From positions 10,475 to 74,474 of the forward strand of contig PCVY01000064.1 of NCBI GenBank assembly GCA_002787155.1: a stretch of DNA of 64,000 bases. Direction: 5' to 3'. Each line of letters opens with the position of its first letter. The first letter of the stretch is position 1. Position numbers and translations under genes: made by a program. Positions 26,529 through 36,924 of the stretch are shown here, piece by piece. Source of the DNA: Candidatus Abzuiibacterium crystallinum. Lineage in GTDB: Bacteria > Omnitrophota > Omnitrophia > Omnitrophales > Abzuiibacteriaceae. The notes under the pieces were generated by a model. That model did not search any database. It was not told where the DNA came from and saw nothing but the letters and a program-made list of their open reading frames with translations.

Positions 26529-29228
26529 ATGTTCTCTCAAATGACATCAGAAAAATCAGATAAAAAAGCACAGGAAGCGACTAAAGATACCATCAAATGG
26601 ATGCATTCTTTAGAGTATCTTTTTGAATCAATTTTGAAAAATAAAGATATTCAAAACGCTTCTTTTCTTTTGGACAAGATTTTTGAACGTTTCAGAGCGA
26701 TGGGTATTCATGTGCCCGCGCCTGTCAATACGCCATACGTGAATACGATACCCTCGGAGAAAGAAGCTGCTTATCCCGGGAACCGTGAAATTGAAAGGCG
26801 TATCAAAAGTTATGTCCGCTGGAATGCCATGGCGATGGTTGTTAATGCCAACAGACGGCATAGCGGATTAGGCGGACATATTTCCACCTATGCGTCTGCC
26901 GCAACCATCTATGAAGTTGGGTTTAATCATTTCTTCAGGGGCGCAGATCCGAAAGCGGGGAGACCGGCTGACATTATTTATTTTCAGGGCCACGCTTCAC
27001 CCGGCAATTACGCACGTGCCTATTTAGAAAGAAGGTTGAGCGCAAGTCATCTTCATCATTTTAGACAGGAATTAGCCGAAGGTGGCGGTCTCTCATCTTA
27101 TCCTCATCCTTATCTGATGCCTGATTTCTGGCAATATCCCAGCGTCTCCATGGGACTTTCACCCATCATGTCTATTTACCAAGCACGTTTTTTAAGATAT
27201 TTATCTGCGCGCGGTTTTATTAAAGAAGAGCCGCGCGTTTGGTGTTTTGTGGGCGACGGCGAATCAGACGAACCTGAAACGCTCGGTGCTTTAACGCTGG
27301 CAGGGCGGGAACATTTGGATAATCTCGTTTGGGTGATTAATTGTAATTTGCAGCGCTTAGACGGTCCCGTGCGGGGCAACGGGAAGATTATTCAAGAATT
27401 GGAAGGTATCATGCGGGGTGCCGGATGGAACGTCATTAAAGTGATTTGGGGTTCTGACTGGGATGCGTTGCTCAAGAAAGATCATCATGGCTTGTTGGTC
27501 AAGCGTATGGAAGAAGCAGTTGACGGGGACTACCAAAAATATTCAGTGGCGCCCGGTAGTTATATCCGTAAACATTTCTTTGGAAAATATCCGGAACTTT
27601 TGCAAATGGTGAATCACTTAACGGATGATGAGCTCAGGCGTTTGCTGCGGGGAGGTCATGATCCGCAAAAAGTTTACAATGCTTACAAAGCAGCTGCCGA
27701 ACACAAGGGCCAGCCGACTGTTATTCTGGCGAAGACCATTAAAGGATACGGGTTGGGGGAAGCTGGTGAAGGACGGAATATTACCCATCAACAAAAGAAA
27801 CTCAACGAAAAAGAGCTCCGCGAATTTCGTTCGCGTTTCGACATTCCGATCAAAGACGAAGAAATTACCGAGACGCCTTTTTATCGTCCGCCGGTTGACA
27901 GCCCCGAGAATAAATATTTATTGGAACGACGAAAAGTGTTGGGAGGATTTCTTCCCGAGCGCAACGTCAAGGCACCGCCGCTTCAAATTCCCGGCTTAGA
28001 GAATTTTAAGGACATGCTCAGCGGTTCCGGAGAATTGAAAGCAGCTACGACCATGGCTTTTGTGCGCATGTTGGGCAAGTTGTTGCAGAACAAAGAAATT
28101 GGAAAACAGGTGGTACCGATTATTCCGGATGAAGCGCGCACCTTTGGCATGGACGCCCTGTTTAGACAAATCGGCATCTATTCATCCAAAGGTCAATTGT
28201 ATGAACCAGTTGATAAAGAATCATTTCTTTATTACAACGAACAAAAGAACGGGCAGATTTTGGAAGAAGGGATTTCCGAGGCCGGTTCGATGTCGTCTTT
28301 TATTGCGGCGGGAACGGCCTATAGTACTTTAAGCGTTAACATGATGCCTTTCTTTATTTATTATTCCATGTTCGGTTTTCAGCGGGTGGGTGATTTAATT
28401 TGGGCAGCTGCCGATTCGCGCGCGAAAGGCTTTTTATTAGGTGCGACGGCAGGCCGGACAACCTTGAGCGGTGAAGGTTTACAGCATCAGGATGGTCATA
28501 GTCTTTTAGCCGCTAGCACGGTTCCGACCATTGAAGCTTATGACCCGGCATTTGCTTATGAAATTGCCATCATTACCCGCGAGGGCATGAAGCGTATGTA
28601 TCAAGACGGAGAAGAGATTATTTATTACATGACGCTTTACAATGAATTGTACGAAATGCCCGCCATGCCAAAAGGCTCGGAAGAAGGCATTCTGAAAGGG
28701 ATGTATAAATTTAAAGAAGGTCCCAAAGATAAAAAACACAAAGTTCATTTGTTAGGCAGCGGTCCGATTATTCGCGAAGCCTTACGCGCTCAAGAAGTGT
28801 TAGCCAAATCCTACGATGTATCGGCGGACGTGTGGAGCGTGACCAGTTACAAGAAACTACGAAGCGATGCTTTAAATGCAGCGCGTTGGAATATGCTTCA
28901 TCCCAATGAAACGCCCAAAAAATCCTATATGGAGACCATTTTGGCAAACGAAAAAGGCGCTTTTGTGGCAGTGTCTGATAACATGAAAATCGTAGCTGAC
29001 CAGATTGCGCCATGGGTACCGGGCGGACTGATGACGCTCGGCACAGACGGTTTTGGACGCAGTGACACACGGGAGCATTTAAGACGGTTTTTTGAAATCG
29101 ATGCCGAAATGGTCGTGCTGGCAACCTTAACGTCACTGAAAAATAAAGGTGCAATTGAAGTGTCTGTTGTTCAGAAAGCCATCCAAGATTTACAGTTGGA
29201 TCCTGAAAAACCGTATCCACAGTACTAA
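26529..29228 (+). CDS. aceE: Pyruvate dehydrogenase E1, homodimeric
   Basis: GGHISTYAS, GDGESDEPE, NLQRLDGPV, PDEARTFG, GEGLQHQDG, GTDGFGRSD. Confidence 0.98.
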   Translation: MFSQMTSEKSDKKAQEATKDTIKWMHSLEYLFESILKNKDIQNASFLLDKIFERFRAMGIHVPAPVNTPYVNTIPSEKEAAYPGNREIERRIKSYVRWNAMAMVVNANRRHSGLGGHISTYASAATIYEVGFNHFFRGADPKAGRPADIIYFQGHASPGNYARAYLERRLSASHLHHFRQELAEGGGLSSYPHPYLMPDFWQYPSVSMGLSPIMSIYQARFLRYLSARGFIKEEPRVWCFVGDGESDEPETLGALTLAGREHLDNLVWVINCNLQRLDGPVRGNGKIIQELEGIMRGAGWNVIKVIWGSDWDALLKKDHHGLLVKRMEEAVDGDYQKYSVAPGSYIRKHFFGKYPELLQMVNHLTDDELRRLLRGGHDPQKVYNAYKAAAEHKGQPTVILAKTIKGYGLGEAGEGRNITHQQKKLNEKELREFRSRFDIPIKDEEITETPFYRPPVDSPENKYLLERRKVLGGFLPERNVKAPPLQIPGLENFKDMLSGSGELKAATTMAFVRMLGKLLQNKEIGKQVVPIIPDEARTFGMDALFRQIGIYSSKGQLYEPVDKESFLYYNEQKNGQILEEGISEAGSMSSFIAAGTAYSTLSVNMMPFFIYYSMFGFQRVGDLIWAAADSRAKGFLLGATAGRTTLSGEGLQHQDGHSLLAASTVPTIEAYDPAFAYEIAIITREGMKRMYQDGEEIIYYMTLYNELYEMPAMPKGSEEGILKGMYKFKEGPKDKKHKVHLLGSGPIIREALRAQEVLAKSYDVSADVWSVTSYKKLRSDALNAARWNMLHPNETPKKSYMETILANEKGAFVAVSDNMKIVADQIAPWVPGGLMTLGTDGFGRSDTREHLRRFFEIDAEMVVLATLTSLKNKGAIEVSVVQKAIQDLQLDPEKPYPQY

Positions 29229-29332
29229 TACCGTTAGACATTTGATGATGGAAGTTTCTGGAAGGCGCTGTGTTTGTTATTTGCCGCAACGGGTTGTAAA
29301 GGGCATGCAATTTCAAATGTCTAACGGTACTA
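29226..29332. mobile_element. MITE-like element with 17-bp perfect inverted repeats and outer TA dinucleotides
   Basis: TACCGTTAGACATTTGA (29229-29245) / TCAAATGTCTAACGGTA (29313-29329); TA at 29226-27 and 29331-32. Confidence 0.65.
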
Positions 29333-29370
29333 AAAATATTTTTCTTATCATTTTTTGAAGGAGATGACGA

Positions 29371-30705
29371 ATGGATGTTCGAGTTCCGATCTTAGCCGAA
29401 GGAATTAATGCGGGCACTGTCATTAAAGTACTGGTGTCCGAAGGGGATACCGTCAAGAAAGACCAGGATTTGGTTGAAATTGAAACAGAAAAAGCTGCAG
29501 CGCCTATCCCGTCCCCAGTGGCCGGCAAAGTAAATCGTATCCACGTGAAAGAAGGTGATGCCGTTAGCGTCGGACAAGTCATCATTTCTATCTCAGAAAG
29601 CGGCACTAAAAGCGCACCCGCTCAAACGGCACCAGAAGTACCTCAAAAATCTGCTCAGCCGGCCATTCCAGCGCCTGCACAAGTTATGCCGCCTGCGCCT
29701 CAGGCTTTCCAAGCGTCAGCATCTCAATTTGGGCCTGCGGCATCGCCGACAGTTCGTAAATTAGCCAGGGAGTTGGGTATTGACCTTACCCGCGTTCGGG
29801 GTAGTGAGCACGGCGGACGGATTGTGGTTGAAGATTTGAGGAATTATATTCAACAATTGCAGGCTGTCGCACTTAATCAAGCCGGGACTTCCTCGGCGCC
29901 TGCATCAGCTTCACCGGCATTGCCTCAGGTTGATTTTCGAAAGTGGGGCCCTGTCAAACGTGAGAAGCTTTCGTCTCTTCGAAAGAAAATCGGAGAAAAA
30001 ATGGTTGCTTCTTGGACCCATTTACCTCACGTGACTCAATTTGATGAAGCCGATGTTTCAGACATGCTGGATTTGAGGAAAAAATACGTAGCCAATTTTG
30101 AAAAACAAGGCACACGGCTCACATTGACGGTTTTAATTTTAAAAGCAGTCGTCGATGTCCTAAAACGGCATCCAATCTTTAATGCAAGCATTGATGACCG
30201 GGCAGGTGAAATTGTTTTCAAGCAATATTATCATTTTGGCATTGCGGTGGATACCGAGCAAGGACTCATTGTGCCGGTGATTCGAAATGTGGATCAAAAG
30301 AACTTGGTTCAGTTGGCGAAGGAATTACAGGAATTGGCGCAAAAGACACGTGACCGAAAAGTAGCTTTAGATGATCTGCAGGGCGGCACTTTTACGATTA
30401 CCAATCAGGGCGGTATCGGCGGGGCTCATTTCACACCGATTATTAATGCGCCTGAGGCGGCTATTTTAGGCCTGGGACAAGGGATGCGTAAACCCGTTGA
30501 TGTGAAAGGTGAGATTAAACTCAGAACCATGGTTCCGCTTTGTTTATCATATGATCATCGCTTAATTGACGGAGGTAAAGCTGCTAAATTTATCCGAGAA
30601 TTACGCGAATCAATCGAGGCTTTTAGCGAACAACCACTGATAGATGCGATGAGTGCGAAAAAATTGCCAAGCGGGAAAGATAAATTAGCGGGGAGCAAGA
30701 AATGA
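29371..30705 (+). CDS. aceF: Dihydrolipoamide acetyltransferase (PDH E2)
   Basis: Lipoyl domain ETEKA, E3-binding ASPTVRKLARE, catalytic DHRLIDG. Confidence 0.95.
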   Translation: MDVRVPILAEGINAGTVIKVLVSEGDTVKKDQDLVEIETEKAAAPIPSPVAGKVNRIHVKEGDAVSVGQVIISISESGTKSAPAQTAPEVPQKSAQPAIPAPAQVMPPAPQAFQASASQFGPAASPTVRKLARELGIDLTRVRGSEHGGRIVVEDLRNYIQQLQAVALNQAGTSSAPASASPALPQVDFRKWGPVKREKLSSLRKKIGEKMVASWTHLPHVTQFDEADVSDMLDLRKKYVANFEKQGTRLTLTVLILKAVVDVLKRHPIFNASIDDRAGEIVFKQYYHFGIAVDTEQGLIVPVIRNVDQKNLVQLAKELQELAQKTRDRKVALDDLQGGTFTITNQGGIGGAHFTPIINAPEAAILGLGQGMRKPVDVKGEIKLRTMVPLCLSYDHRLIDGGKAAKFIRELRESIEAFSEQPLIDAMSAKKLPSGKDKLAGSKK

Positions 30706-32132
30706 AAACAATTAAAACAGAAATTGTGGTTTTAGGTGCCGGACCGGGAGGGTATGCAGCAGCTTTTTATGCGGCCGACAAAGGCAAAAAAGTTATCTTA
30801 GTTGAACGTGACAAACAATTGGGAGGCACCTGTTTGCTGCGGGGGTGCATTCCATCCAAAGCACTTTTACATGCTACTGAATTTATAAGGGAAAGAGACT
30901 ATTCTAAAGAGCGCGGCATCGAATATCAGACACCGCGAGTTGATTTGGGCCGCTTAAACATCTGGAAAAATAAAGTTGTTGCAAAATTAAGTGATGGGGT
31001 CATGGGGCTGAGCCGCCGTCGGAAAATAGATGTGATGCATGGGCGCGGTTATTTTGAGAGTTCGGATATTTTACGTGTGGAAACAAGCGAAGGGCAGAAA
31101 TTTCTCGAGTATGACAAGGTGATCATTGCGGTAGGTTCGCAGCCGGCGCTTCCCAAAGCCTTTGATTTAGGCAACAAACGTATCATGACTTCAACCGAAG
31201 CACTTGAAGTAGAAGAAATTCCGAAAGACTTGCTTGTGATCGGTGGCGGCTATATTGGGATGGAATTGGGAACCGTCTACGCCTCCCTTGGAAGCCGTGT
31301 GGTCGTGATTGAAGCACTCGATGGTATTTTGAGCGGTCTTGATGCCGATTTGGCGCGGCCAGTCATGCAGTATGCGCAAAAACACTTCAAAGAAGTGCGT
31401 GTTAAAACCAAAGTATCCAAAATGGCAACAAAGGGTAAGAAAATTTTTGTGGAATCGGAATCAAACGGACAAAAGAAAGAAGAACTTTACGACCGGGTTC
31501 TAGTATCGGTTGGCCGTGTTCCCAATTGCCAGGATTTAGGACTCGAAAACACCAAAGTGCAGCGAGACGACAAGGGATTCATTCAAGTGGACGCCATGCA
31601 GCAGACCGCCGATTCTAAAATCATGGCGATCGGAGATGTTGTGGGGGGCGCTTTGTTGGCTCATAAAGCGGCGCGTGAGGCACGTATTGCCGTTGATGTT
31701 TTTACCGGTGAAGAAAATTCCTTCGACAATGTAATCATTCCGGCGGTTGTTTTTACGGACCCCGAGGTGGCTTGGTGCGGTTTGACGGAAGCCGAAGCTA
31801 AAAAGAAGGGCATCGAGGTGAAAGTAGTCCGTTTTCCTTGGGGAGCTTCAGGACGTGCTCTTTCACTTGATCGGCCTGATGGCGTGACGAAACTGATCAT
31901 TGAACCCCATACCGAGCGTGTGGTAGGCGTTGGTATTACAGGTAAAGGTGCGGGTGAACTTATCAGTGAAGGTGTTTTTGCTATTGAAATGGGTGCCACT
32001 GCAAGAGATTTGGCCGAATCTATCCATCCGCATCCGACGCTTTCTGAGACGTTAATGGAAAGTGCAGAAATGTTTTATGGGTATGCGACGCATACCTACG
32101 CCCCAAAGCGTTCTACCGCTCTAGATGCCTAA
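30702..32132 (+). CDS. lpdA: Dihydrolipoyl dehydrogenase
   Basis: GAGPGG, GGTCLLRGCIPSK, HPHPTLSE. Confidence 0.97.
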   Translation: MKTIKTEIVVLGAGPGGYAAAFYAADKGKKVILVERDKQLGGTCLLRGCIPSKALLHATEFIRERDYSKERGIEYQTPRVDLGRLNIWKNKVVAKLSDGVMGLSRRRKIDVMHGRGYFESSDILRVETSEGQKFLEYDKVIIAVGSQPALPKAFDLGNKRIMTSTEALEVEEIPKDLLVIGGGYIGMELGTVYASLGSRVVVIEALDGILSGLDADLARPVMQYAQKHFKEVRVKTKVSKMATKGKKIFVESESNGQKKEELYDRVLVSVGRVPNCQDLGLENTKVQRDDKGFIQVDAMQQTADSKIMAIGDVVGGALLAHKAAREARIAVDVFTGEENSFDNVIIPAVVFTDPEVAWCGLTEAEAKKKGIEVKVVRFPWGASGRALSLDRPDGVTKLIIEPHTERVVGVGITGKGAGELISEGVFAIEMGATARDLAESIHPHPTLSETLMESAEMFYGYATHTYAPKRSTALDA

Positions 32133-32233
32133 GTTCCGCAATCAAAAGCATTGAACTTGATTCGAGTTTCAATATAATATTCAACGTGATTCAACTAATG
32201 TCTTCATTCTCTTGATTCTAAATGTGACTTAAT

Positions 32234-33154
32234 ATGCCTCAGAATTTCGACGTGATCATTATTGGCGGAGGTGGTGCTGGCTTGACAGCGGCATTGTATG
32301 CCTCCCGCGCTAAGCTCTCCACGGCTTTATTTGAAAAATTAGTTCCCGGCGGTCAAATTGCTTTGACCGATATTGTTGAAAATTACCCCGGTTTTCCTGA
32401 CGGCGTGACGGGCGGTGAAATTGCAACTCGGATGGAACAGCAAGCAAAAAAATATGGGACGCAGATTATTTATGAAGGGGTTGAGCAAATTCAATCGGCT
32501 AATAAGTCATTTGAGGTCAAAACCGCTAAAAACGCTTATCAAGCCAAAGCCATTATAATTGCTTCAGGCGCTTTTTACAGGCAATTAGGTGTGCCTGGTG
32601 AAAAAGAACTGATTGGCAAAGGTGTTTCCTATTGCGCTGTTTGTGACGGCGCTTTCTTCAAGAATCAGGAATTGGTGGTGGTGGGCGGTGGCGATTCGGC
32701 CATGCAGGAAGGGCTTTTCTTAACACGGTTTGCTTCGAAAATCACGGTCGTGCATCGGCGTGATCAATTACGTGCGAGCCCCATTTTGCAGGAGCGTGCT
32801 AAAAACCATGAAAAGATAAATTTTATTTGGAATTCGGTGGTCTCGGGAGTGGAAGGTAAAGATAAAATGACAGCTGTTAAAATTAAGAATGTTAAAACTC
32901 AAGAAGAAAAACCATTCAAAGCCAACGGACTTTTCGTTTTTATCGGCCAAGATCCTGCCACCAGTTATTTGAAAGGTTTTGTGGATTTAGATGAAAAAGG
33001 TTATGTGGAAACAAAGGAAAACTTAGAAACATCCGTACCAGGTGTTTTTGCGTGTGGTGAAGTGCGTGCAGGAGCAGTCAAACAGCTTGTTTCGGCCTGC
33101 GGCGAAGGTTGTGAGGCAGCATTAGCGGCTCAACACTATATCGAGAATACGTGA
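32234..33154 (+). CDS. trxB: Thioredoxin-disulfide reductase
   Basis: ENYPGF, SYCAVCDG, GGGDSA, HRRD. Confidence 0.96.
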   Translation: MPQNFDVIIIGGGGAGLTAALYASRAKLSTALFEKLVPGGQIALTDIVENYPGFPDGVTGGEIATRMEQQAKKYGTQIIYEGVEQIQSANKSFEVKTAKNAYQAKAIIIASGAFYRQLGVPGEKELIGKGVSYCAVCDGAFFKNQELVVVGGGDSAMQEGLFLTRFASKITVVHRRDQLRASPILQERAKNHEKINFIWNSVVSGVEGKDKMTAVKIKNVKTQEEKPFKANGLFVFIGQDPATSYLKGFVDLDEKGYVETKENLETSVPGVFACGEVRAGAVKQLVSACGEGCEAALAAQHYIENT

Positions 33155-33173
33155 GGAATCGAGAGGAGCGTCT

Positions 33174-33482
33174 ATGAGGCGAGATGATTTTGAGAAGCAT
33201 ATGAACCAACTGCTTAATCTGCTCAAGAAAATTCTAAAGAATTATCCCGGCGGAGGGCAGGCTGCGCAATTTTTAGATGCCAATCATGCAGACAAGATTA
33301 ATGTTAATGTTTGTTTCTTTAATTTTCTTCCGCTATCCGAAGATGATATTGAAGAATTGGAAGAAGCTTGTGATGATTTGCTGGATCAGGAAACAGGTGA
33401 GCTGTCGGCCGAGGCCAAGTCAGAATTTACTTGGGATAAAAATGACGAGGATTTTCTAAAACAAAACGGCATGACTTTTTAG
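33174..33482 (+). CDS. Hypothetical acidic protein
   Basis: ORF with GAGGAG RBS filling the gap after trxB. Confidence 0.7.
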   Translation: MRRDDFEKHMNQLLNLLKKILKNYPGGGQAAQFLDANHADKINVNVCFFNFLPLSEDDIEELEEACDDLLDQETGELSAEAKSEFTWDKNDEDFLKQNGMTF

Positions 33483-33501
33483 ATCGATTTTAAGGAAACC
33501 G

Positions 33502-34320
33502 TTGACGCGGAAGCCTTTACTTCTCTTTTTTCTTTTCCTTTTCCTTTTAATTTACCGTCCTTTTTCATTTTCCATGGCTTGGGCGGCTTATGATCACAGC
33601 GAATGGAATGATTTAACAGGCAAATATGTTCATTCCAATCTTGTCGATTATAAGTCGTTTCTGACTGAAATTGACAAGCTCGATTATTATTTAAAACGTT
33701 TGGCCGATATCCCCATCGAAATCTTTTCCGAGTATTCCCGCGAAGAAAGAATGGCATTCTGGATGAATGCATATAACGCAACCGTGGTTCGTATTATATT
33801 GAGTTTTTATCCCATCACATCTGTTGAAGAAATTCCGCATTTTAAGGAATATCGGGTGGTGGTCGCCGGGCTTTCTTATTCGCTGACACAAGTCAGAGAA
33901 AATATTTTTCGGCAAGGGTTTCGTGATGAAAGAGCAACGTTGGCTTTGGTTGATGGCACCAAAACGGCACTTCCATTACAGGCTGAAGCTTATATGGGAC
34001 CCCAACTTATCGATCAACTCACCGATCAGATCAATGCTTTTTTGACCAATGAAACTTATAATCAGATTAGGGTGAAACAAAAAAAGATTCGTTTATCTCC
34101 GCTTTTTGAAGAATTAGCACAAGATTTTGTGCTAGGATATGGCAGACCGGCAGCGAAAAGCCGGTATTCGGCATCAGAAAGAGCTGTGATCAGTTTTATT
34201 ATGATACATATCCGCGATGACGAGGTTGTGCAGTGGTTAAAACAAGAAAAGTTTAAAATCAGTTACTTGCCAAAAAACATGCAGCTAAACGATCTTTCCG
34301 GCGACGGGACATTTGAGTGA
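33502..34320 (+). CDS. DUF547 domain exported protein
   Basis: Signal peptide; VDY, AFWMNAYNA; TTG start uncertain. Confidence 0.85.
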   Translation: MTRKPLLLFFLFLFLLIYRPFSFSMAWAAYDHSEWNDLTGKYVHSNLVDYKSFLTEIDKLDYYLKRLADIPIEIFSEYSREERMAFWMNAYNATVVRIILSFYPITSVEEIPHFKEYRVVVAGLSYSLTQVRENIFRQGFRDERATLALVDGTKTALPLQAEAYMGPQLIDQLTDQINAFLTNETYNQIRVKQKKIRLSPLFEELAQDFVLGYGRPAAKSRYSASERAVISFIMIHIRDDEVVQWLKQEKFKISYLPKNMQLNDLSGDGTFE

Positions 34321-35126
34321 TGAAAATCAAAGTCGCTTGCATCCAAATGAATTCAACGGATCACTTGGAGTTTAATCTGCATCGTGCCATTCAATATGCC
34401 TATTATGCACACCAGGATGGTGCTGAGTTGATTGTTTATCCGGAAATGTTTTTATTTCGAGGTAAACCTTCCCAGTTTTCTGCGGTGGCTAAACGCACGC
34501 AAGAAGTCCTTCACAAGTTCAAGCAAATGGCTTGTTTTAGCCGCGTACCGATGGTTCTGGGGAGTATTATTGAGCGAAGCAAACAGCCAAAAAAGTTTTT
34601 TAATAGTTCTTTGATGATTTCACCGCAAGGAAAAGAAGTAGCGCATTATCGGAAAAGGCATTTGTTTGATGTCGAGACTCCGAAAAAACAAAAGTGTCAT
34701 GAATCACGTGATTTCTTACCGGGGAAAGAAATGGTGACAGCCGACATAGCCGGCATCAGGTTTGGTTTTGCCATTTGCTACGACCTTCGTTTTCCGGGCC
34801 ATTTTAGACGTCTAGCGCTTGCCGGGGCAGAAGTCATTGTTTTACCATCTAATTTTTTAAAAGAAACTGGCAAAGCCCATTGGTTAAGTTTGATTCGTGC
34901 GCGTGCCATTGAAAATCAAGTGTATATGCTAGCGCCGGCACAAGTCGGTAAACACCCTGCCACTGCTCAGATGAGTTATGGCCATAGCTTAATTGTTGAT
35001 CCTTGGGGTGAAGTGCTTGCGGAGGGGAATGGAAAAAGCCCAGAAGTGCTGATGGCATCAATAGATACGTCAAAGGTAAAAGCCCTTCGTAAAAGCTTTC
35101 CTGTATTAAAATCTAGCCTCGATTAA
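34320..35126 (+). CDS. Carbon-nitrogen hydrolase (Nit1-like deaminated glutathione amidase family)
   Basis: YPE, YRKRHLFDV, ICYDLRFP, RARAIENQ, YGHSLIVDPWG. Confidence 0.93.
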   Translation: MKIKVACIQMNSTDHLEFNLHRAIQYAYYAHQDGAELIVYPEMFLFRGKPSQFSAVAKRTQEVLHKFKQMACFSRVPMVLGSIIERSKQPKKFFNSSLMISPQGKEVAHYRKRHLFDVETPKKQKCHESRDFLPGKEMVTADIAGIRFGFAICYDLRFPGHFRRLALAGAEVIVLPSNFLKETGKAHWLSLIRARAIENQVYMLAPAQVGKHPATAQMSYGHSLIVDPWGEVLAEGNGKSPEVLMASIDTSKVKALRKSFPVLKSSLD

Positions 35127-35187
35127 GGAGAATTCCGGATTCATCCGATAAGGTGTGAAAAATGGGTGAAAACAGATAAATCAGCGT

Positions 35188-35217
35188 TTGACATTAAGAA
35201 GCCCAATCATATATAAT
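35188..35217 (+). promoter_or_regulatory. Consensus sigma70 promoter
   Basis: TTGACA-18 bp-TATAAT. Confidence 0.65.
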
Positions 35218-35347
35218 TAACTCTCGAATTTGAAAGTAGTTACGAAAATTCTAAGCTTTAATTTCCCGCGCGAAGGTGCATGAATGGCATGCGAATTCGC
35301 GTTTTTTATTCTCCGGGGGCATTAAAGATAATTCGTGATGTGAGGCC

Positions 35348-36175
35348 ATGCAAAAGATAATTCGGTGCTTTGAATTTGCCATTTTTGTCACCTTAATCAT
35401 TGTTTCCAGCTTGGTGATCGAACCCGGCCAATCACAAGCAACTTTTTTTGGTGATGTGAAGACAGGGTTTTATGATTTAAAATCCGACCGTTACGGCGTA
35501 TCGTATTTTATCCCCAAGAGTTATACGGCTGATCATGAATGGCCGCTGGTCGTGGTGCTCTATACAGATGAGGGTGAAAAAGGATCTCAGTCGGTTGAAA
35601 AATGGACGGCTGAGTTAACCAAAAGGAATGAGCCGGGTCTTTTTATTGCTCATTTAAGACCTCAAGATGTGCCGTTTAGTTCTGACAAGCGTATTTTGAA
35701 ACGCATCGAAGAATTTAAAAGCATTCATCGCATCGATCCGAAAAAAGTTTTACTAACCGGTTTTGGTGAAGCAGCTCATTACGCATTTTATTTTGCTCTA
35801 CGTTATCCCGAGACTGTTTCGGCAGCGGCCTTGATGGGCGGCGGCGCAGACGGCCCGTTTGCTGAGTTTTACAAGGATGCACAAAACGGAGCTAAAAAAT
35901 TACCGATTTTGGTGCTTTATGGTGATCAGGATAAAACAATCACGAAAGATAGTTTTATTCCTTTACATGAGCAGCTGTATCAAGAAGGTTATCGCTTGGA
36001 GTTGGAAGAATACGAGGGATTACAGCATTTGATTTACCCGGAATTTCGTAAACGCGCGTTGGATTGGTTTAGCCAATTGACAGTGACGCAAGCAGCCGAT
36101 CAAATGGCGGAACGTCCGTCCATGGGTGCGCTGCACACGTTTGTTTCAATTGTCCGCGGCGTTTTGCAAGGTTAA
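35348..36175 (+). CDS. Exported alpha/beta-hydrolase-fold protein (nucleophile Ser absent)
   Basis: WPLVVVL, IDPKKVLLTGFGEAA, YGDQD, GLQH. Confidence 0.8.
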   Translation: MQKIIRCFEFAIFVTLIIVSSLVIEPGQSQATFFGDVKTGFYDLKSDRYGVSYFIPKSYTADHEWPLVVVLYTDEGEKGSQSVEKWTAELTKRNEPGLFIAHLRPQDVPFSSDKRILKRIEEFKSIHRIDPKKVLLTGFGEAAHYAFYFALRYPETVSAAALMGGGADGPFAEFYKDAQNGAKKLPILVLYGDQDKTITKDSFIPLHEQLYQEGYRLELEEYEGLQHLIYPEFRKRALDWFSQLTVTQAADQMAERPSMGALHTFVSIVRGVLQG

Positions 36176-36180
36176 TTAAA

Positions 36181-36897
36181 ATGGTTTCAATCAGGCAGTT
36201 GGGATTGGCAGGTATTTTGTTCTTTGTCTTAAGTGTGGCAGGTTGTCAGTCATTGCGCCGTGCAGTTGTCAGTGAGCCGTTTGCATCAAAACAAATCGGT
36301 CATTTTACTTATTCGCAATTTGTACCTGAGACAGCCCGGAATTATCGTTCTGATCGGTCGCTATTTTTGGTTTTACACCCGTCCGGAAGTTCTGGAGAGG
36401 AATTTATTCAGCGCTGGATTCCCCTGTTAAACAATGGGCATGCCGTTATTTTAGCACCGACGGCGACAAATGAATTACCATACGGATCTCCCGAATTCGA
36501 AGATGTGTTATGGCAGGTATTAAACCAGTTCGGGTTTGAAGCTGATTCGCAGGAAGGGCGTCTATTTTTGATTGGCGAATCCAATGGAGCCATTTTTGGG
36601 TTTAGGCTGGTAGCGCAACATCCAAGCCGGTTTGAGAAAACAGTCCTGATTTCAGGTGCTTTGGAAAGTCAAGCATTACACGAATTATTAGATTCACCGA
36701 AACGGGTAAGCGCTCACTTGTTGATGGTGCATGGCCAGCAGGATGAATTGTTTGATATCGAAGCCATCAAAACGCAAGTGAAGATCTTAGAAGAGAATCA
36801 AGTGCCCGTCGAACTTCGTGTGATTCAGGACATGAAACATGGTGCAGATCCTTTTACGGAAGAAGAAATTGCGAAGTGGTTGAATTCATCCCATTAA
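36181..36897 (+). CDS. Alpha/beta hydrolase (phospholipase/carboxylesterase-like) lipoprotein
   Basis: Lipobox VAGC; GESNG; HGQQD; MKHG. Confidence 0.82.
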   Translation: MVSIRQLGLAGILFFVLSVAGCQSLRRAVVSEPFASKQIGHFTYSQFVPETARNYRSDRSLFLVLHPSGSSGEEFIQRWIPLLNNGHAVILAPTATNELPYGSPEFEDVLWQVLNQFGFEADSQEGRLFLIGESNGAIFGFRLVAQHPSRFEKTVLISGALESQALHELLDSPKRVSAHLLMVHGQQDELFDIEAIKTQVKILEENQVPVELRVIQDMKHGADPFTEEEIAKWLNSSH

Positions 36898-36924
36898 TTT
36901 TGTTAAAAAAGATAAGGAAAAGAT

